Shown here: positions 1-9,479 of the stretch, piece by piece | Layout of the letters: each line of letters starts with the position of its first letter | Numbering within the stretch: position 1 is the first letter of the stretch | NCBI GenBank assembly: GCA_964454445.1 | Contig: CAYVTD010000008.1 | Span: forward strand, 3,517 to 67,516 | From: an uncultured Hyphomicrobiales bacterium | GTDB lineage: Bacteria > Bacteroidota > Ignavibacteria > Kapaibacteriales > UBA2268 | Length of the DNA stretch: 64,000 nucleotides | Direction: 5' to 3' | Position numbers and translations under genes: made by a program | The notes under the pieces: generated by a model | What the model was told of the DNA's origin: nothing | Database searches by the model: none | The model's input: only the letters and a program-made list of their open reading frames with translations

Positions 1-1
1 C

Positions 2-1024
2 AGATGCAATGAAAAGAATATGATCAGTTTTCACAGTTCCATATTTAGTGTTTATATTTCCACCTTCGACGATTGGTAGCAAATCTCTTTGAACACCTTC
101 GCGAGAAACTTCTGGACCGGATCCACCGCCAGAACCACCCGAACGAGAAGCAATTTTGTCGATTTCATCGATAAAAATAATACCACTATTTTCGGCTCTA
201 TTCAAAGATTCGCGGATAACGGCGTCCATATCAATCAATTTCTCGGCTTCTTCTTTTTGAATATATAGTTTTGCATCTTTAATCTTCATTTTTCGCTTCT
301 TGTTCTTTTTTGGCAATATGCTGCCCATAAGATCTTGAAGATTCATTCCCATTTCGTCAAAACCGATTGGTCCTAGGACCTGAAGCGATGGCACTTGATC
401 AACCAACATTTCCAATTCGATACTTTTATCGTCGAGCTTGCCCTCACGAAACATTTTTCTAAATTTCTCCCTGGTACGCGAATTGTCGTCGATTTCCTCA
501 TCGCTCATTGTGTCAAAAGATTTACCTTTTTTCAAAGGTGGAATTAGCAAATCCAATATTCTGTTTTCTGTGGCAATTTCGGCTTCCTTACGCTTTACGA
601 CACTATGCTCATCACGAACCATAGCTATTGCTCGATCAACGAGGTCGCGCACCATCGACTCGACATCTCTACCGACATAGCCGACTTCTGTATATTTTGT
701 TGCCTCGACTTTTACAAAAGGTGCACCGGCAAGACGAGCAAGACGACGAGCTATTTCTGTTTTTCCAACTCCAGTGGGACCAATTAAAATGATGTTGTTC
801 GGCAGAATTTCCTCCCGCAAATACCCGCTAACTTTCTGTCTTCGCCAGCGGTTGCGAAGAGCTATGGCAACGGCTTTTTTAGCTTTGCTTTGCCCTATGA
901 TATATTTATCGAGTTCTGCTACTATTTCGCGAGGTGTTAGCTGATGGTCCGAGATTTGTGCAGTAACTTCTTTAATTTTGTTTTTTTGTTCTTCTGTCAA
1001 TGTTAAATCAACCAATTCATTCAT
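2..1024 (-). CDS. hslU: ATP-dependent protease ATPase subunit HslU, 5' part; runs off the left edge
   Basis: Manual translation from ATG at 1024: MNELVDL...[22 protein letters not shown]...[20 protein letters not shown]...[24 protein letters not shown]. Lies directly downstream of hslV. Missing from the ORF track because it is open at the edge. Confidence 0.97.
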   Translation of the reverse strand, partial: MNELVDLTLTEEQKNKIKEVTAQISDHQLTPREIVAELDKYIIGQSKAKKAVAIALRNRWRRQKVSGYLREEILPNNIILIGPTGVGKTEIARRLARLAGAPFVKVEATKYTEVGYVGRDVESMVRDLVDRAIAMVRDEHSVVKRKEAEIATENRILDLLIPPLKKGKSFDTMSDEEIDDNSRTREKFRKMFREGKLDDKSIELEMLVDQVPSLQVLGPIGFDEMGMNLQDLMGSILPKKNKKRKMKIKDAKLYIQKEEAEKLIDMDAVIRESLNRAENSGIIFIDEIDKIASRSGGSGGGSGPEVSREGVQRDLLPIVEGGNINTKYGTVKTDHILFIAS

Positions 1025-1200
1025 AATTATCTGCTTATCCAATTATTACTTTTTTTAATTACATATAAATAGAAATATAATCTTATAAGATAATCCACTG
1101 AAAAAAAACTGAAATACAATTACACTTACTATAAATCAAACAGTAGCATTTTTATTGTTTTATTTCTAAAATTTATTTTATAATTAGAAAAAAGTGCAAG

Positions 1201-1752
1201 CTAAAGCTCTTCTATAGAAAAGTGCGAGTTGGTATAGATGCAAATATCTCCTGCAATTTTCAAGGATTCTTCCACGATTTCTGTGGCACTCAAATGCGTA
1301 TGCTTTAGCAAAGCCCTTGCTGCTGAGAGAGCATACGGACCGCCCGAACCGATTGCAACGATATTGTCATCTGGCTCGATAACATCACCAGTACCACTAA
1401 GCAAGAGTGCTTTTTCTTTGTCCATAACTATAAGCATTGCCTCGAGACGACGAAGATAGCGGTCTGTGCGCCAGTCTTTTGCAAGCTCGATGGATGCTCG
1501 ATATAGATTGCCGCGATACGATTCGATTTTCTCTTCAAACTTTTGCAAAAGTGCAAAAGCATCTGCCGTCGAGCCGGCAAAGCCCGTTAGAATTGTATCT
1601 TTATATAATTTTCTTAATTTCTTTGCAGAATGTTTCATCACTGTATTATTGAAAGTAACTTGCCCATCAGAACCAAGGGCTGCTTTGCCATCGCGGATAA
1701 CTCCGATAACTGTTGTCGAGTGTACCTTAGGATAAAAATCATCTTTTTTCAT
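1201..1752 (-). CDS. hslV: ATP-dependent protease peptidase subunit HslV
   Basis: HSTTVIGV (N-terminal Thr nucleophile), [23 protein letters not shown]; adjacent to hslU. Confidence 0.97.
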   Translation of the reverse strand: MKKDDFYPKVHSTTVIGVIRDGKAALGSDGQVTFNNTVMKHSAKKLRKLYKDTILTGFAGSTADAFALLQKFEEKIESYRGNLYRASIELAKDWRTDRYLRRLEAMLIVMDKEKALLLSGTGDVIEPDDNIVAIGSGGPYALSAARALLKHTHLSATEIVEESLKIAGDICIYTNSHFSIEEL

Positions 1753-1809
1753 TTATCATATCCCCATTATTTGCTTTTTTATAAGAACTATAACCTTAGA
1801 AAAGCACTA

Positions 1810-3051
1810 TCACCTTCTATAAGGAACAAACCAAAGTTCGCCAATATTCAAATCAATAGTCAATTTACCAAACAATTCCCTGACTAAACCATTATCGGTA
1901 GTGCCTCGTGTGCCTAAAACAAGCGAATAATCGATTAGAAGATTGTTTACAATAGGTAATTCCATTCCAAACGAAGCCCATAATTCATTGATATCAGTGC
2001 CTCGGAAACTATAATAGAGCTGCTTGTAGCCGATGCCAAAGTTATAAGAAGATTTATCGAATAGCGAAGCAGAATATCTGCCGCTTCCCATACGTTGTAC
2101 ACCCAAACTAAAAGAAAGGTTTTTACGAAATTTAGTATTGGCTCCTGTATTATATTTAAAACCACTGAAATCTTGCATTTGAGCATCGGCAGTAAACATA
2201 AAAATACCGCTGGCATAGTTGGCGCCAACGCCAAGAGCTGGAGCCATATCATATTTATCATTAAATTTAAAATTTGTATCTGCCACCATTACTGATTGGT
2301 ATCTAATATTTGATTCGACAGAAAAACTCGGTACTGTTTCCACGAATGCGCCAAAGCCATAATTATATGCCGCTTGGTAATAGAGACCTCCCCGAAAGCC
2401 GAGCCCATTGAAGAAATCTTGTTTGTAACTTGCCGAAGAATGGTAGCTTGCTTCGTAAAATTGCGTTACAATGGTTGTTTTGCTGTTGCCAAATAATCCA
2501 AAAACTGAAGCGCCAACCCATAGATTGTTTGCGAGCTTTGACGAGGCTCCTATATAGGCAAGTGAGATACCGCCTTTGCCTGTAAAGGAGGTTTTACCTT
2601 CTATCAAAACATCGTCTATTAATATCTGTATCGGCGAATCAATCATATAATCTACCGAACTGTAAGGATACATACCAAAACTGACCGATAACCCAAGCGC
2701 TGAATCGATTGCAAACAATCCAAGTATCGAATTAACTTTACCGTTGTTTTGAAAAAGAGTTGAGTTTTCTGCAATAGAAATCCTTTGATTGAAATTATAG
2801 CCTACTTGAAGCCGGGTTTTATCGACCAAGCCCCAGAGAGCTGGGTTTTTCAGATTAATAGCGCTCCGCGAAGGCACTGCCGCCGTCGAGCCTCCAAGCC
2901 CTTCATAAAAGGATCCACTACTGTTGTATATGTCGCCAATTCCGAATATAGAATAATTCGATCCCCCCTGCGAAAAAAGCTCACTGTTGGCAAGCAACAC
3001 CGAAATTATTATTAAAAATATCTTAAATCTAAATTTCATATTATCTATCAT
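1810..3051 (-). CDS. Outer-membrane beta-barrel protein (FadL/OmpP1-like, Bacteroidota-type)
   Basis: Signal peptide followed by QGGSNYSIFGIGD, NPA motif, alternating beta-strand pattern, C-terminal GELWF. Confidence 0.7.
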   Translation of the reverse strand: MIDNMKFRFKIFLIIISVLLANSELFSQGGSNYSIFGIGDIYNSSGSFYEGLGGSTAAVPSRSAINLKNPALWGLVDKTRLQVGYNFNQRISIAENSTLFQNNGKVNSILGLFAIDSALGLSVSFGMYPYSSVDYMIDSPIQILIDDVLIEGKTSFTGKGGISLAYIGASSKLANNLWVGASVFGLFGNSKTTIVTQFYEASYHSSASYKQDFFNGLGFRGGLYYQAAYNYGFGAFVETVPSFSVESNIRYQSVMVADTNFKFNDKYDMAPALGVGANYASGIFMFTADAQMQDFSGFKYNTGANTKFRKNLSFSLGVQRMGSGRYSASLFDKSSYNFGIGYKQLYYSFRGTDINELWASFGMELPIVNNLLIDYSLVLGTRGTTDNGLVRELFGKLTIDLNIGELWFVPYRR

Positions 3052-4298
3052 CTGTTTTTATTAAAATCTGGTCGCTGGGAGTACACTATCTTTAAAAATG
3101 GTCGTAAACTAGTGTCAGATTCGTTTGTGCCGTAGAAAACCATTCTTTCCATACTTCGATAAATGTTTTCAGAACCAAGCGGGGAAAGAACAAGGAAGCC
3201 CTTTCCTTCGCGTCTATTCCAAGTTTCGATAGCTGCTGCTATTGATTTGAAAACATATTTATTTGTGCCAAATATTCTTCCTCCTTGGAATTGCCGGACT
3301 ACACTGCTCGTTAGAGTAGTATCTGACAGCAGATCTGCTTGAATAGTGGTATCAGCTCCAGAATTGCCCCATTCGCTTTTGCTTGCATCAAGCGATAAAA
3401 TCAGCTCAGCATGATGAATTGACACTAAAGGAGGCAACATCGAAACGTCGAAATAAAGTCTGCTCTTGTAAGAAATGGCTCCTTGCACCGTTATCATATT
3501 TTCTTCAGGCTTTGGGGCTGAAACAACAGACAAATCATTGGCAGATTGTAAAGTAATGGTATGTGATTCGTTGTCATTCCCAAGATAAGCGATTTCTATT
3601 TGGGGACGTGGCAAAGTGCTGCCGATGGCTTGAGCGTTAAAGAGCCGAATATAAGAGGATTCATTTTTAGGTATAAGCGCAATTCCATAATTCATTGTTT
3701 TTGCAATGGAGTCTTCGACCGATGCCGCCCATTCAGAAATAATACTTTTGTCGAGTTCCAACTCTAATGGATCTAATGTGTCGCCATGAGGGTTTATTTT
3801 TCCTGAATAATTGGCAAGAATCTTTACATCCCAATAAGGCTCTGCAGATTGTGAAATCGAATCGTAAGTAGTTAAATTCGTAAATAGCTTTACAATTTTA
3901 TGAACGTCGAAACCTAGCTGATTAGTGATAGTGTCGCCAAAAGAATAAAAACCTGGATATATTTTACATTTTGCATAAACTATGTTTTTTTCTCTTATAT
4001 AAGAAAGCGAATCAGGTAAATTGGGGAAGCGAATAAAGGTAATCGCTTCATATTCCTTATATTTGCCGACAAAAAGGGCTTGAGCATTAAATATCGGAAT
4101 ACCTACTTTTTCCTGCTTATCGCCTGTAATAAGGAGGGTATTATCGCTATTGCAAGCGCCGACGCTCACTGTGTCCGATAGAAGAGTTTCTGATATATCT
4201 GTTGGCTTTTCGTTGCAAGCTTGCAAGAGAAAGATAATGACAGCAAAAAAACTTGAGAAAACTATTGTAAATGGCTTGGGCAAAGCATATTCGTTCAT
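3048..4298 (-). CDS. Lipoprotein, DUF4270-like
   Basis: Lipobox LLQA-C. Sits directly after glgA, an arrangement typical of DUF4270 in Bacteroidota. C-terminal R-x-x-FYG...P-x-LKIVYS pattern. Confidence 0.55.
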   Translation of the reverse strand: MNEYALPKPFTIVFSSFFAVIIFLLQACNEKPTDISETLLSDTVSVGACNSDNTLLITGDKQEKVGIPIFNAQALFVGKYKEYEAITFIRFPNLPDSLSYIREKNIVYAKCKIYPGFYSFGDTITNQLGFDVHKIVKLFTNLTTYDSISQSAEPYWDVKILANYSGKINPHGDTLDPLELELDKSIISEWAASVEDSIAKTMNYGIALIPKNESSYIRLFNAQAIGSTLPRPQIEIAYLGNDNESHTITLQSANDLSVVSAPKPEENMITVQGAISYKSRLYFDVSMLPPLVSIHHAELILSLDASKSEWGNSGADTTIQADLLSDTTLTSSVVRQFQGGRIFGTNKYVFKSIAAAIETWNRREGKGFLVLSPLGSENIYRSMERMVFYGTNESDTSLRPFLKIVYSQRPDFNKNR

Positions 4299-4328
4299 TA
4301 TATTCTTTTGTCTAGTCCTGAAGAAAAA

Positions 4329-5792
4329 TTAACTGTTGTAAATATTGTCATATTCAACGACGCTTTCAGCCCAAGAATTGTTTGCACTCATACCGTTTTC
4401 TATCAATTTTTCCCAAAGCTCCTTGTTTTTATAAATGTCAAGGGCTCTATTCACTGCTTTAACAAAATCTGCGGGCTTGAAGTCTGTAAAGACGAATCCA
4501 TTGCCCTTTTTCTTTTTCGTATCGAATTCTTTTACGATATCTATAAGCCCACCTGTTGCATGAACCACAGGAGCAACTCCGTAAGAAAGCGAGTATAAAG
4601 CGTTTAGACCGAACGGCTCGTAAAGTGATGGAAGTAAATAAATGTCCGACCCGGCTTCGACAAGATGGGCAAGCTCCTCTTCGAATTCAAATTTGATGCT
4701 CATTTTTGATTCATATTTCTGAGCTATCAACTTCAGTTGTTTTTTTAGTTCAGATTGACCTTCGCCAAGCAGTACGAAACGGACATCATTTTTCAGGATC
4801 TCAGGCAGGGCAGTTAGCAATAGTGGGATGCCTTTGTGTTCGTCGAGCCGTGTTATCATAGCTATAACAGGAGTATCGTCTTCGCCTTGCAAATCAAATC
4901 TTTTCAACAGTTCAGCTTTGTTAGCCGATTTGTATTCATTATATTTATTAGAGTATTTCTTTTTTATCAGTTTATCTCTTTTAGGATTCCAAGTCCATAT
5001 ATCTAAACCGTTTAAGATACCTTTGAACTTTTTTTGTTCTTTTTTAAGCACAGCATTAAGCCCGTTACTGTATTTAGAATCTTTCAAAATGTCTTCAGCA
5101 TAAGTTTTGCTGACAGTGGTGATAAAATCGGCATATTTGATAGCGGCTTTCATAAAATTTAATTTCTTGTTGTGGGTAAAAGCCGTTTTTGCCTTGCCTG
5201 GCAGCCCCGTCTTGTCGAAACTTTCCAATGGAAATTCGCCTTGCTGGCTGAAATTATGTATTGTAAACACGATTTTCGTGTTTTTAAATTCCTCTGGGAA
5301 GAGAACTTTGGCATAAGCAGGCACCATGGCTGTTTGCCAATCGTTGCAATGAATTACATCGGGATACCACTGTAAAAGCCGGCACGAATCTATTACAGAA
5401 CGGCAGAAAAAGATAAAACGCTCGTCATTGTCGGGATATTCTTTGCCTGTTTTAGGATTGGAATAAATACCTTTTTTGGCATTGAAATACTTCTCATTAG
5501 TTGTGATATATGCTTGCACCTTGGCTCTTGCGTTTTGTATCGATGAAGATTTGACGGTGGCTAGTTCGGTAGTATTATTAATTGGAATTGACATATCCCT
5601 TAGCCGATTAATCTCGTGGATGCGATACTTTCTTTCGGAAACACAACCATATCTCGGCAGCATCACCCTTACGTCATGTCCATATTCTCTTAGTGCAAGC
5701 GGCAACGAAAAAGCAATATCAGCCACCCCACCTACTTTGGCAAAGGGAAAGACTTCGCTGGCTACAAATAATATGCTAAGTGGTTTTTCCAT
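4329..5792 (-). CDS. glgA: Glycogen synthase (GT5)
   Basis: SEVFPFAKVGGVAD (KxGG), HCNDWQT, FTIHN, PSLYEPFGL, TGGL. Confidence 0.95.
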   Translation of the reverse strand: MEKPLSILFVASEVFPFAKVGGVADIAFSLPLALREYGHDVRVMLPRYGCVSERKYRIHEINRLRDMSIPINNTTELATVKSSSIQNARAKVQAYITTNEKYFNAKKGIYSNPKTGKEYPDNDERFIFFCRSVIDSCRLLQWYPDVIHCNDWQTAMVPAYAKVLFPEEFKNTKIVFTIHNFSQQGEFPLESFDKTGLPGKAKTAFTHNKKLNFMKAAIKYADFITTVSKTYAEDILKDSKYSNGLNAVLKKEQKKFKGILNGLDIWTWNPKRDKLIKKKYSNKYNEYKSANKAELLKRFDLQGEDDTPVIAMITRLDEHKGIPLLLTALPEILKNDVRFVLLGEGQSELKKQLKLIAQKYESKMSIKFEFEEELAHLVEAGSDIYLLPSLYEPFGLNALYSLSYGVAPVVHATGGLIDIVKEFDTKKKKGNGFVFTDFKPADFVKAVNRALDIYKNKELWEKLIENGMSANNSWAESVVEYDNIYNS

Positions 5793-5970
5793 TTTTATTC
5801 ATTTTTAAATGTACAACACGTTGAAAGTACAAAAATAATGAAAATTCTTGAATTTTCAAGTATTTTTTAATTATTAATTTGTTAAAATCCCTTTTTCTTA
5901 TGATTATTTAATTAGCAAAGATTTCTTAAATTTGCAAGAAACAGATTGTTTTAATTATCTTTCAGATTTA

Positions 5971-8049
5971 ATGAAGAATGAGTTGTTGTTAAAAAGTGGC
6001 TGGATAAAAATTGAGAGAATAGAACTCAACAAGCTTCGCCGGCACATCAGGATAGTTTATGAAAATCAAGGCGGTTCAAAAAAATTTAATTCTCATCTGC
6101 CTAATTATGAAGAGTTAAGGCAGTTCATTGGAATTAAGCTCGATGCCATTAAAAAACATAAGAATATGGACATCAAAATCCAAGGGCAAGAATTTTATGA
6201 ATTAATCCCCGGGAACACCTTTTTCAGAGATTTGTTCTATTCCAAAATGAGTTCGGAAAGCTCTCAGTTCCAAGAATACAATATTGACATTTGTTACCTT
6301 TATGCTTTTGGAAAAACCCGCATCCAACAGCTTAATGAATCGCGAATACCTGCTTTTGATGCTGAAATTAGTGGCCTCTCCGACCGCAGTTTTAGTATCA
6401 TTGTATCTTCTACTCTTGGCAATATGACCGAAGCCGACAAGGTAAAAAACCACATCATTCAACAATTGCAGTACCCTGTGGAAAGCGACACCCGCAACTC
6501 ACCTGCTTACAGCAAAGGCACTCTCAAGGAATTATACGAAAAACTTGATAGCAACTCAATGGTTTTTGTTCTTATCAGTCGCGATTATCTGCAAAATGAA
6601 AATTGCGTTAAGCAATTAATAGATTTCACGACTCATAACCTCGATGTATATGCCAAACATACGTTTCATATCTTATTAAAAGATGTTTACGAAGGCGATT
6701 TTAACATTTTCGATTCGCTCGGACGTTCGGAACTATTAAAATACTGGAAATTGCGAATAGAGCAATTGGAAGAGAACCATAAACTGCTTTTAAAAGGTAG
6801 AAAAGAACAGGAGTTTTACACAAAACTCAACATAGAATTCGACGAAATTAAAGGAATTATCGAAGGTCTGTCCCGTGTTGTCGATTTGATTCGTGAAAGC
6901 ACTTCCGGATCGCTCTATGAGATATTTTTAAACAAAGTAAACAGCCGCGAAGAGTTCCTGAAGTTATTACCAAAGCCAAAAATGATTTCTCCATTAGACA
7001 TAAAACTCGAAACTACTTACAAAAGGATAAAAATCCCATCGACAAACAATCCAAAAAAGCCAGAATTTCCCCCTTATCCTTTCTATACGCCAAAATATCC
7101 TGCATCGGAAACTTATAAGATTGAAATTCCCGGTTTTTCTGATGTTTGGCTCAAAGACGAAAGCACAAATCCGACAGGCACGCACAAAGATCGCTTGGCT
7201 TGGGAAGTGGTAATAAAATATAAATCATTAATTGAAGGCTTAAAATACAAAGATAGCGATGCACTGCCGCAAATGTCGATAATTTCTTCGGGTAGCGCCG
7301 CCATTGCAATTCAACATTTGTTCAATTTGTTCAACCTGCCTACAAAATTAAAAGTTTTAGTCGATTACAATCTTAATCCAAATTTTAAAAAAGCTGTGAA
7401 AGATATTGGCTGCGAACTTTATGAATGTGATCTATCGGCAAAACTCTTATCGTCGGAAGATATTAAAGAGCTAACCGATAACAAAAACGGCATTGATATA
7501 ACTTATCGCGAAGTGCTCGACCCTACTCACGACAATTATTACGATTGGATGAGCTACGAGATTTTGCAATCGGAGCCCGAATATTGCTTTATTCCATTTG
7601 GCACAGGCGATCTGTTTATAAATGTTTTAAACATTGTAAAAATCGAATATTTCAATTCTTTTGTTTCCAAGCACGATCCCCGCTTTTTTAGCAACATCGA
7701 AAAGCTGAAGAGGTGCAGTTTCCTGGGAGCTTCCTCATCTGAGCCGGAAACACGTCTGGACAAACTATTCTCGAATTATCTGCCATCAATCGATTCGTTT
7801 TATAAATATATTAAAGAATTAAAAGATGAGTACGCTTGTGTTGGCAAAATGACTGATATATATTTTGTTAAAGAAAAATTTGTAGATGAAGCCATCGCAA
7901 TCGCCACCCGATTAAACCTAACTTTCGAGCCATCAGGTATGGCTGGTTTGGCGCTTTTGCTTGAAAAGAAAGATTTTATACCGAATGATGCAAAAATTCT
8001 AATTGTAAATACCGGAAAAACAAAAGACGTAGAAAGATTAAAAAAATGA
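5971..8049 (+). CDS. Fusion protein: unknown N-terminal domain + TIR-like domain/helical extension + fold-type-II PLP-dependent (threonine synthase-like/PALP) enzyme
   Basis: TIR-like segment: VFVLISRDYLQNENCVKQL...FHILL...IFDSLGRSELLKYWKLRIEQLE. PALP segment: VWLKDESTNPTGTHKDR (Lys codon 7186-7188), SSGSAAIA, IPFGTGDLF, EPSGMAGLA, IVNTG. The track start (TTG 5932) overlaps a TAAATTTG promoter-like element, so ATG 5971 is preferred. Confidence 0.8.
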   Translation: MKNELLLKSGWIKIERIELNKLRRHIRIVYENQGGSKKFNSHLPNYEELRQFIGIKLDAIKKHKNMDIKIQGQEFYELIPGNTFFRDLFYSKMSSESSQFQEYNIDICYLYAFGKTRIQQLNESRIPAFDAEISGLSDRSFSIIVSSTLGNMTEADKVKNHIIQQLQYPVESDTRNSPAYSKGTLKELYEKLDSNSMVFVLISRDYLQNENCVKQLIDFTTHNLDVYAKHTFHILLKDVYEGDFNIFDSLGRSELLKYWKLRIEQLEENHKLLLKGRKEQEFYTKLNIEFDEIKGIIEGLSRVVDLIRESTSGSLYEIFLNKVNSREEFLKLLPKPKMISPLDIKLETTYKRIKIPSTNNPKKPEFPPYPFYTPKYPASETYKIEIPGFSDVWLKDESTNPTGTHKDRLAWEVVIKYKSLIEGLKYKDSDALPQMSIISSGSAAIAIQHLFNLFNLPTKLKVLVDYNLNPNFKKAVKDIGCELYECDLSAKLLSSEDIKELTDNKNGIDITYREVLDPTHDNYYDWMSYEILQSEPEYCFIPFGTGDLFINVLNIVKIEYFNSFVSKHDPRFFSNIEKLKRCSFLGASSSEPETRLDKLFSNYLPSIDSFYKYIKELKDEYACVGKMTDIYFVKEKFVDEAIAIATRLNLTFEPSGMAGLALLLEKKDFIPNDAKILIVNTGKTKDVERLKK

Positions 8050-8939
8050 AATCACTAATTGCAATTATAAATATTAATGATTTAAAAAATACTATTTTCT
8101 TTTTTCTTTTAATATCTTCGTTGGCTTGCTGCTCCAATGGAGGGAAAAAAGCAGATGAAGACAATATCAACAATTCGAATCAAGCAAAAAAATCAAATAT
8201 CATCTTGCCTCAGAAAAAAACTATTAACCAAAATTTCGTTTTACCTCACGGTGATTACAAATCTGAAGTAATCAAGAAATACTCACATCTACGAACCTCG
8301 TTCACTGAGGGGTTTGAATATATCGATGGCTTTCTCTATGAAAGCACAGGCATGGTTGGTTCTTCTGAATTAATGAAATGCGAACTCGAAACAGGCAAAA
8401 TTGTACAAAACAGGCGCATTCCTGGTTTGCATTTCGGCGAGGGGATGACTGTCTTTGGCAACAGAATCTACCAAATCACCTGGCAATCAGGAATATGTTT
8501 CGTTTGGGACAAACACACTTTTGAATTAATTAATACTTTTAATTACAATGGCGAGGGTTGGGGCATCACCAATGATGGCGAGCAATTAATCATGAGCAAT
8601 GGCACCAACCTTATTCGATTCGTCAATCCAAAGAATTTCAATACCGAAAGAACAATCGAAGTATTAGACGAAAACTATCCAGTAAAATATATAAACGAAC
8701 TCGAATATGTTAACGGCGAAATTTGGGCAAACGTTTGGCAGAAGGACAAAATTTATCGTATAGATCCAGAAAGCGGCAATTTACTCGGAAAAATTGATAT
8801 TTTTAATCTTTATAAATACATAAAACCATCTGATTCGCCCGATGTGCTTAATGGCATTGCCTACGATTCAGAAAACAATAGAATATTTGTAACGGGAAAA
8901 TATTGGCCCTTTGTGTTTGAGATAAAACCTGTTAAATGA
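8046..8939 (+). CDS. Glutaminyl-peptide cyclotransferase (type II QC), lipoprotein
   Basis: FTEGF, LYESTG, FGEGMT, QITWQ, GEGWGIT, INELEY, WANVWQ, VLNGIAYD, VTGKYWP; lipobox SLAC-C. ATGA overlap with the upstream gene. Confidence 0.93.
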   Translation: MKSLIAIININDLKNTIFFFLLISSLACCSNGGKKADEDNINNSNQAKKSNIILPQKKTINQNFVLPHGDYKSEVIKKYSHLRTSFTEGFEYIDGFLYESTGMVGSSELMKCELETGKIVQNRRIPGLHFGEGMTVFGNRIYQITWQSGICFVWDKHTFELINTFNYNGEGWGITNDGEQLIMSNGTNLIRFVNPKNFNTERTIEVLDENYPVKYINELEYVNGEIWANVWQKDKIYRIDPESGNLLGKIDIFNLYKYIKPSDSPDVLNGIAYDSENNRIFVTGKYWPFVFEIKPVK

Positions 8940-9127
8940 TGAAGAATTTAATGGTGAAAATATCATATCAACTCCATATAAAATTGATCCCCTTAGATAA
9001 AGGTAAGTTAAGAGAATTAAACGAAATAAGAAATTTTAAAAGGTTTCATCTCGAAGATGGTGTAATCACTTGGTACAACAATCTTGATGTGGCTCCTGAA
9101 AAAGTGTATTTACTAAGCCATAAGTAA
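8936..9127 (+). pseudogene. DUF2442-family (putative antitoxin) remnant
   Basis: LDKGKLRELNEIRNFKRFHLEDGVITWYNNLDVAPEKVY matches the DUF2442 C-terminal pattern. The N-terminal strands look deleted and no DUF4160 partner is present. Confidence 0.6.
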
Positions 9128-9403
9128 TTTAGTGTGTATCTAATGTAAAATAATAAAATTTTTTACAGACTGCTAAAAGTGGCAAGAGGGCTTCATCGGA
9201 CAGCTGCGCGACAGCGAAAGCCGTTATTTCCACTTCATCGCTAGATAATTTAATGTAGCTCTTAACTATCACTGAAAATTAATCACTAAAAATCCGAAAA
9301 ATTATATCTTTTTTTTTAAGAAATATTTGATTAGATTGCATATACCTATTTTTTGATTTTTTTATTAATAAAATCGTTAGTTTAATACATATTTTTTTAA
9401 TAA

Positions 9404-9476
9404 GCCAACCTAGCTCAGCTGGTAGAGCAGCTCACTCGTAATGAGCAGGTCACCGGTTCAATTCCGGTGGTTGGCT
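9404..9476 (+). tRNA. tRNA-Thr(CGT)
   Basis: Cloverleaf GCCAACC/GGTTGGC, D-arm GCTC-GAGC, anticodon arm GCTCA-CT CGT AA-TGAGC, T-arm ACCGG-TTCAATT-CCGGT; CCA not encoded. Confidence 0.97.
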
Positions 9477-9479
9477 CTG

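Noticed and set aside
5932-5970. TTG start at 5932 for the TIR-PALP ORF
   Set aside because: It overlaps a TAAATTTG promoter-like element; ATG 5971 (or a later ATG) is more plausible.
7100-8049. Calling the 705-aa ORF a housekeeping threonine synthase (thrC)
   Set aside because: It has about 380 aa of unrelated N-terminal sequence, SSGSA instead of S(T/S)GN, and no thr genes nearby; only the fold can be assigned.
9165-9245. GC-richer stretch that reads DEVEITAFAVAQLSDEALLPLLAVCKN on the minus strand
   Set aside because: Too short to assign. It may be another gene remnant, but I recognise no motif.
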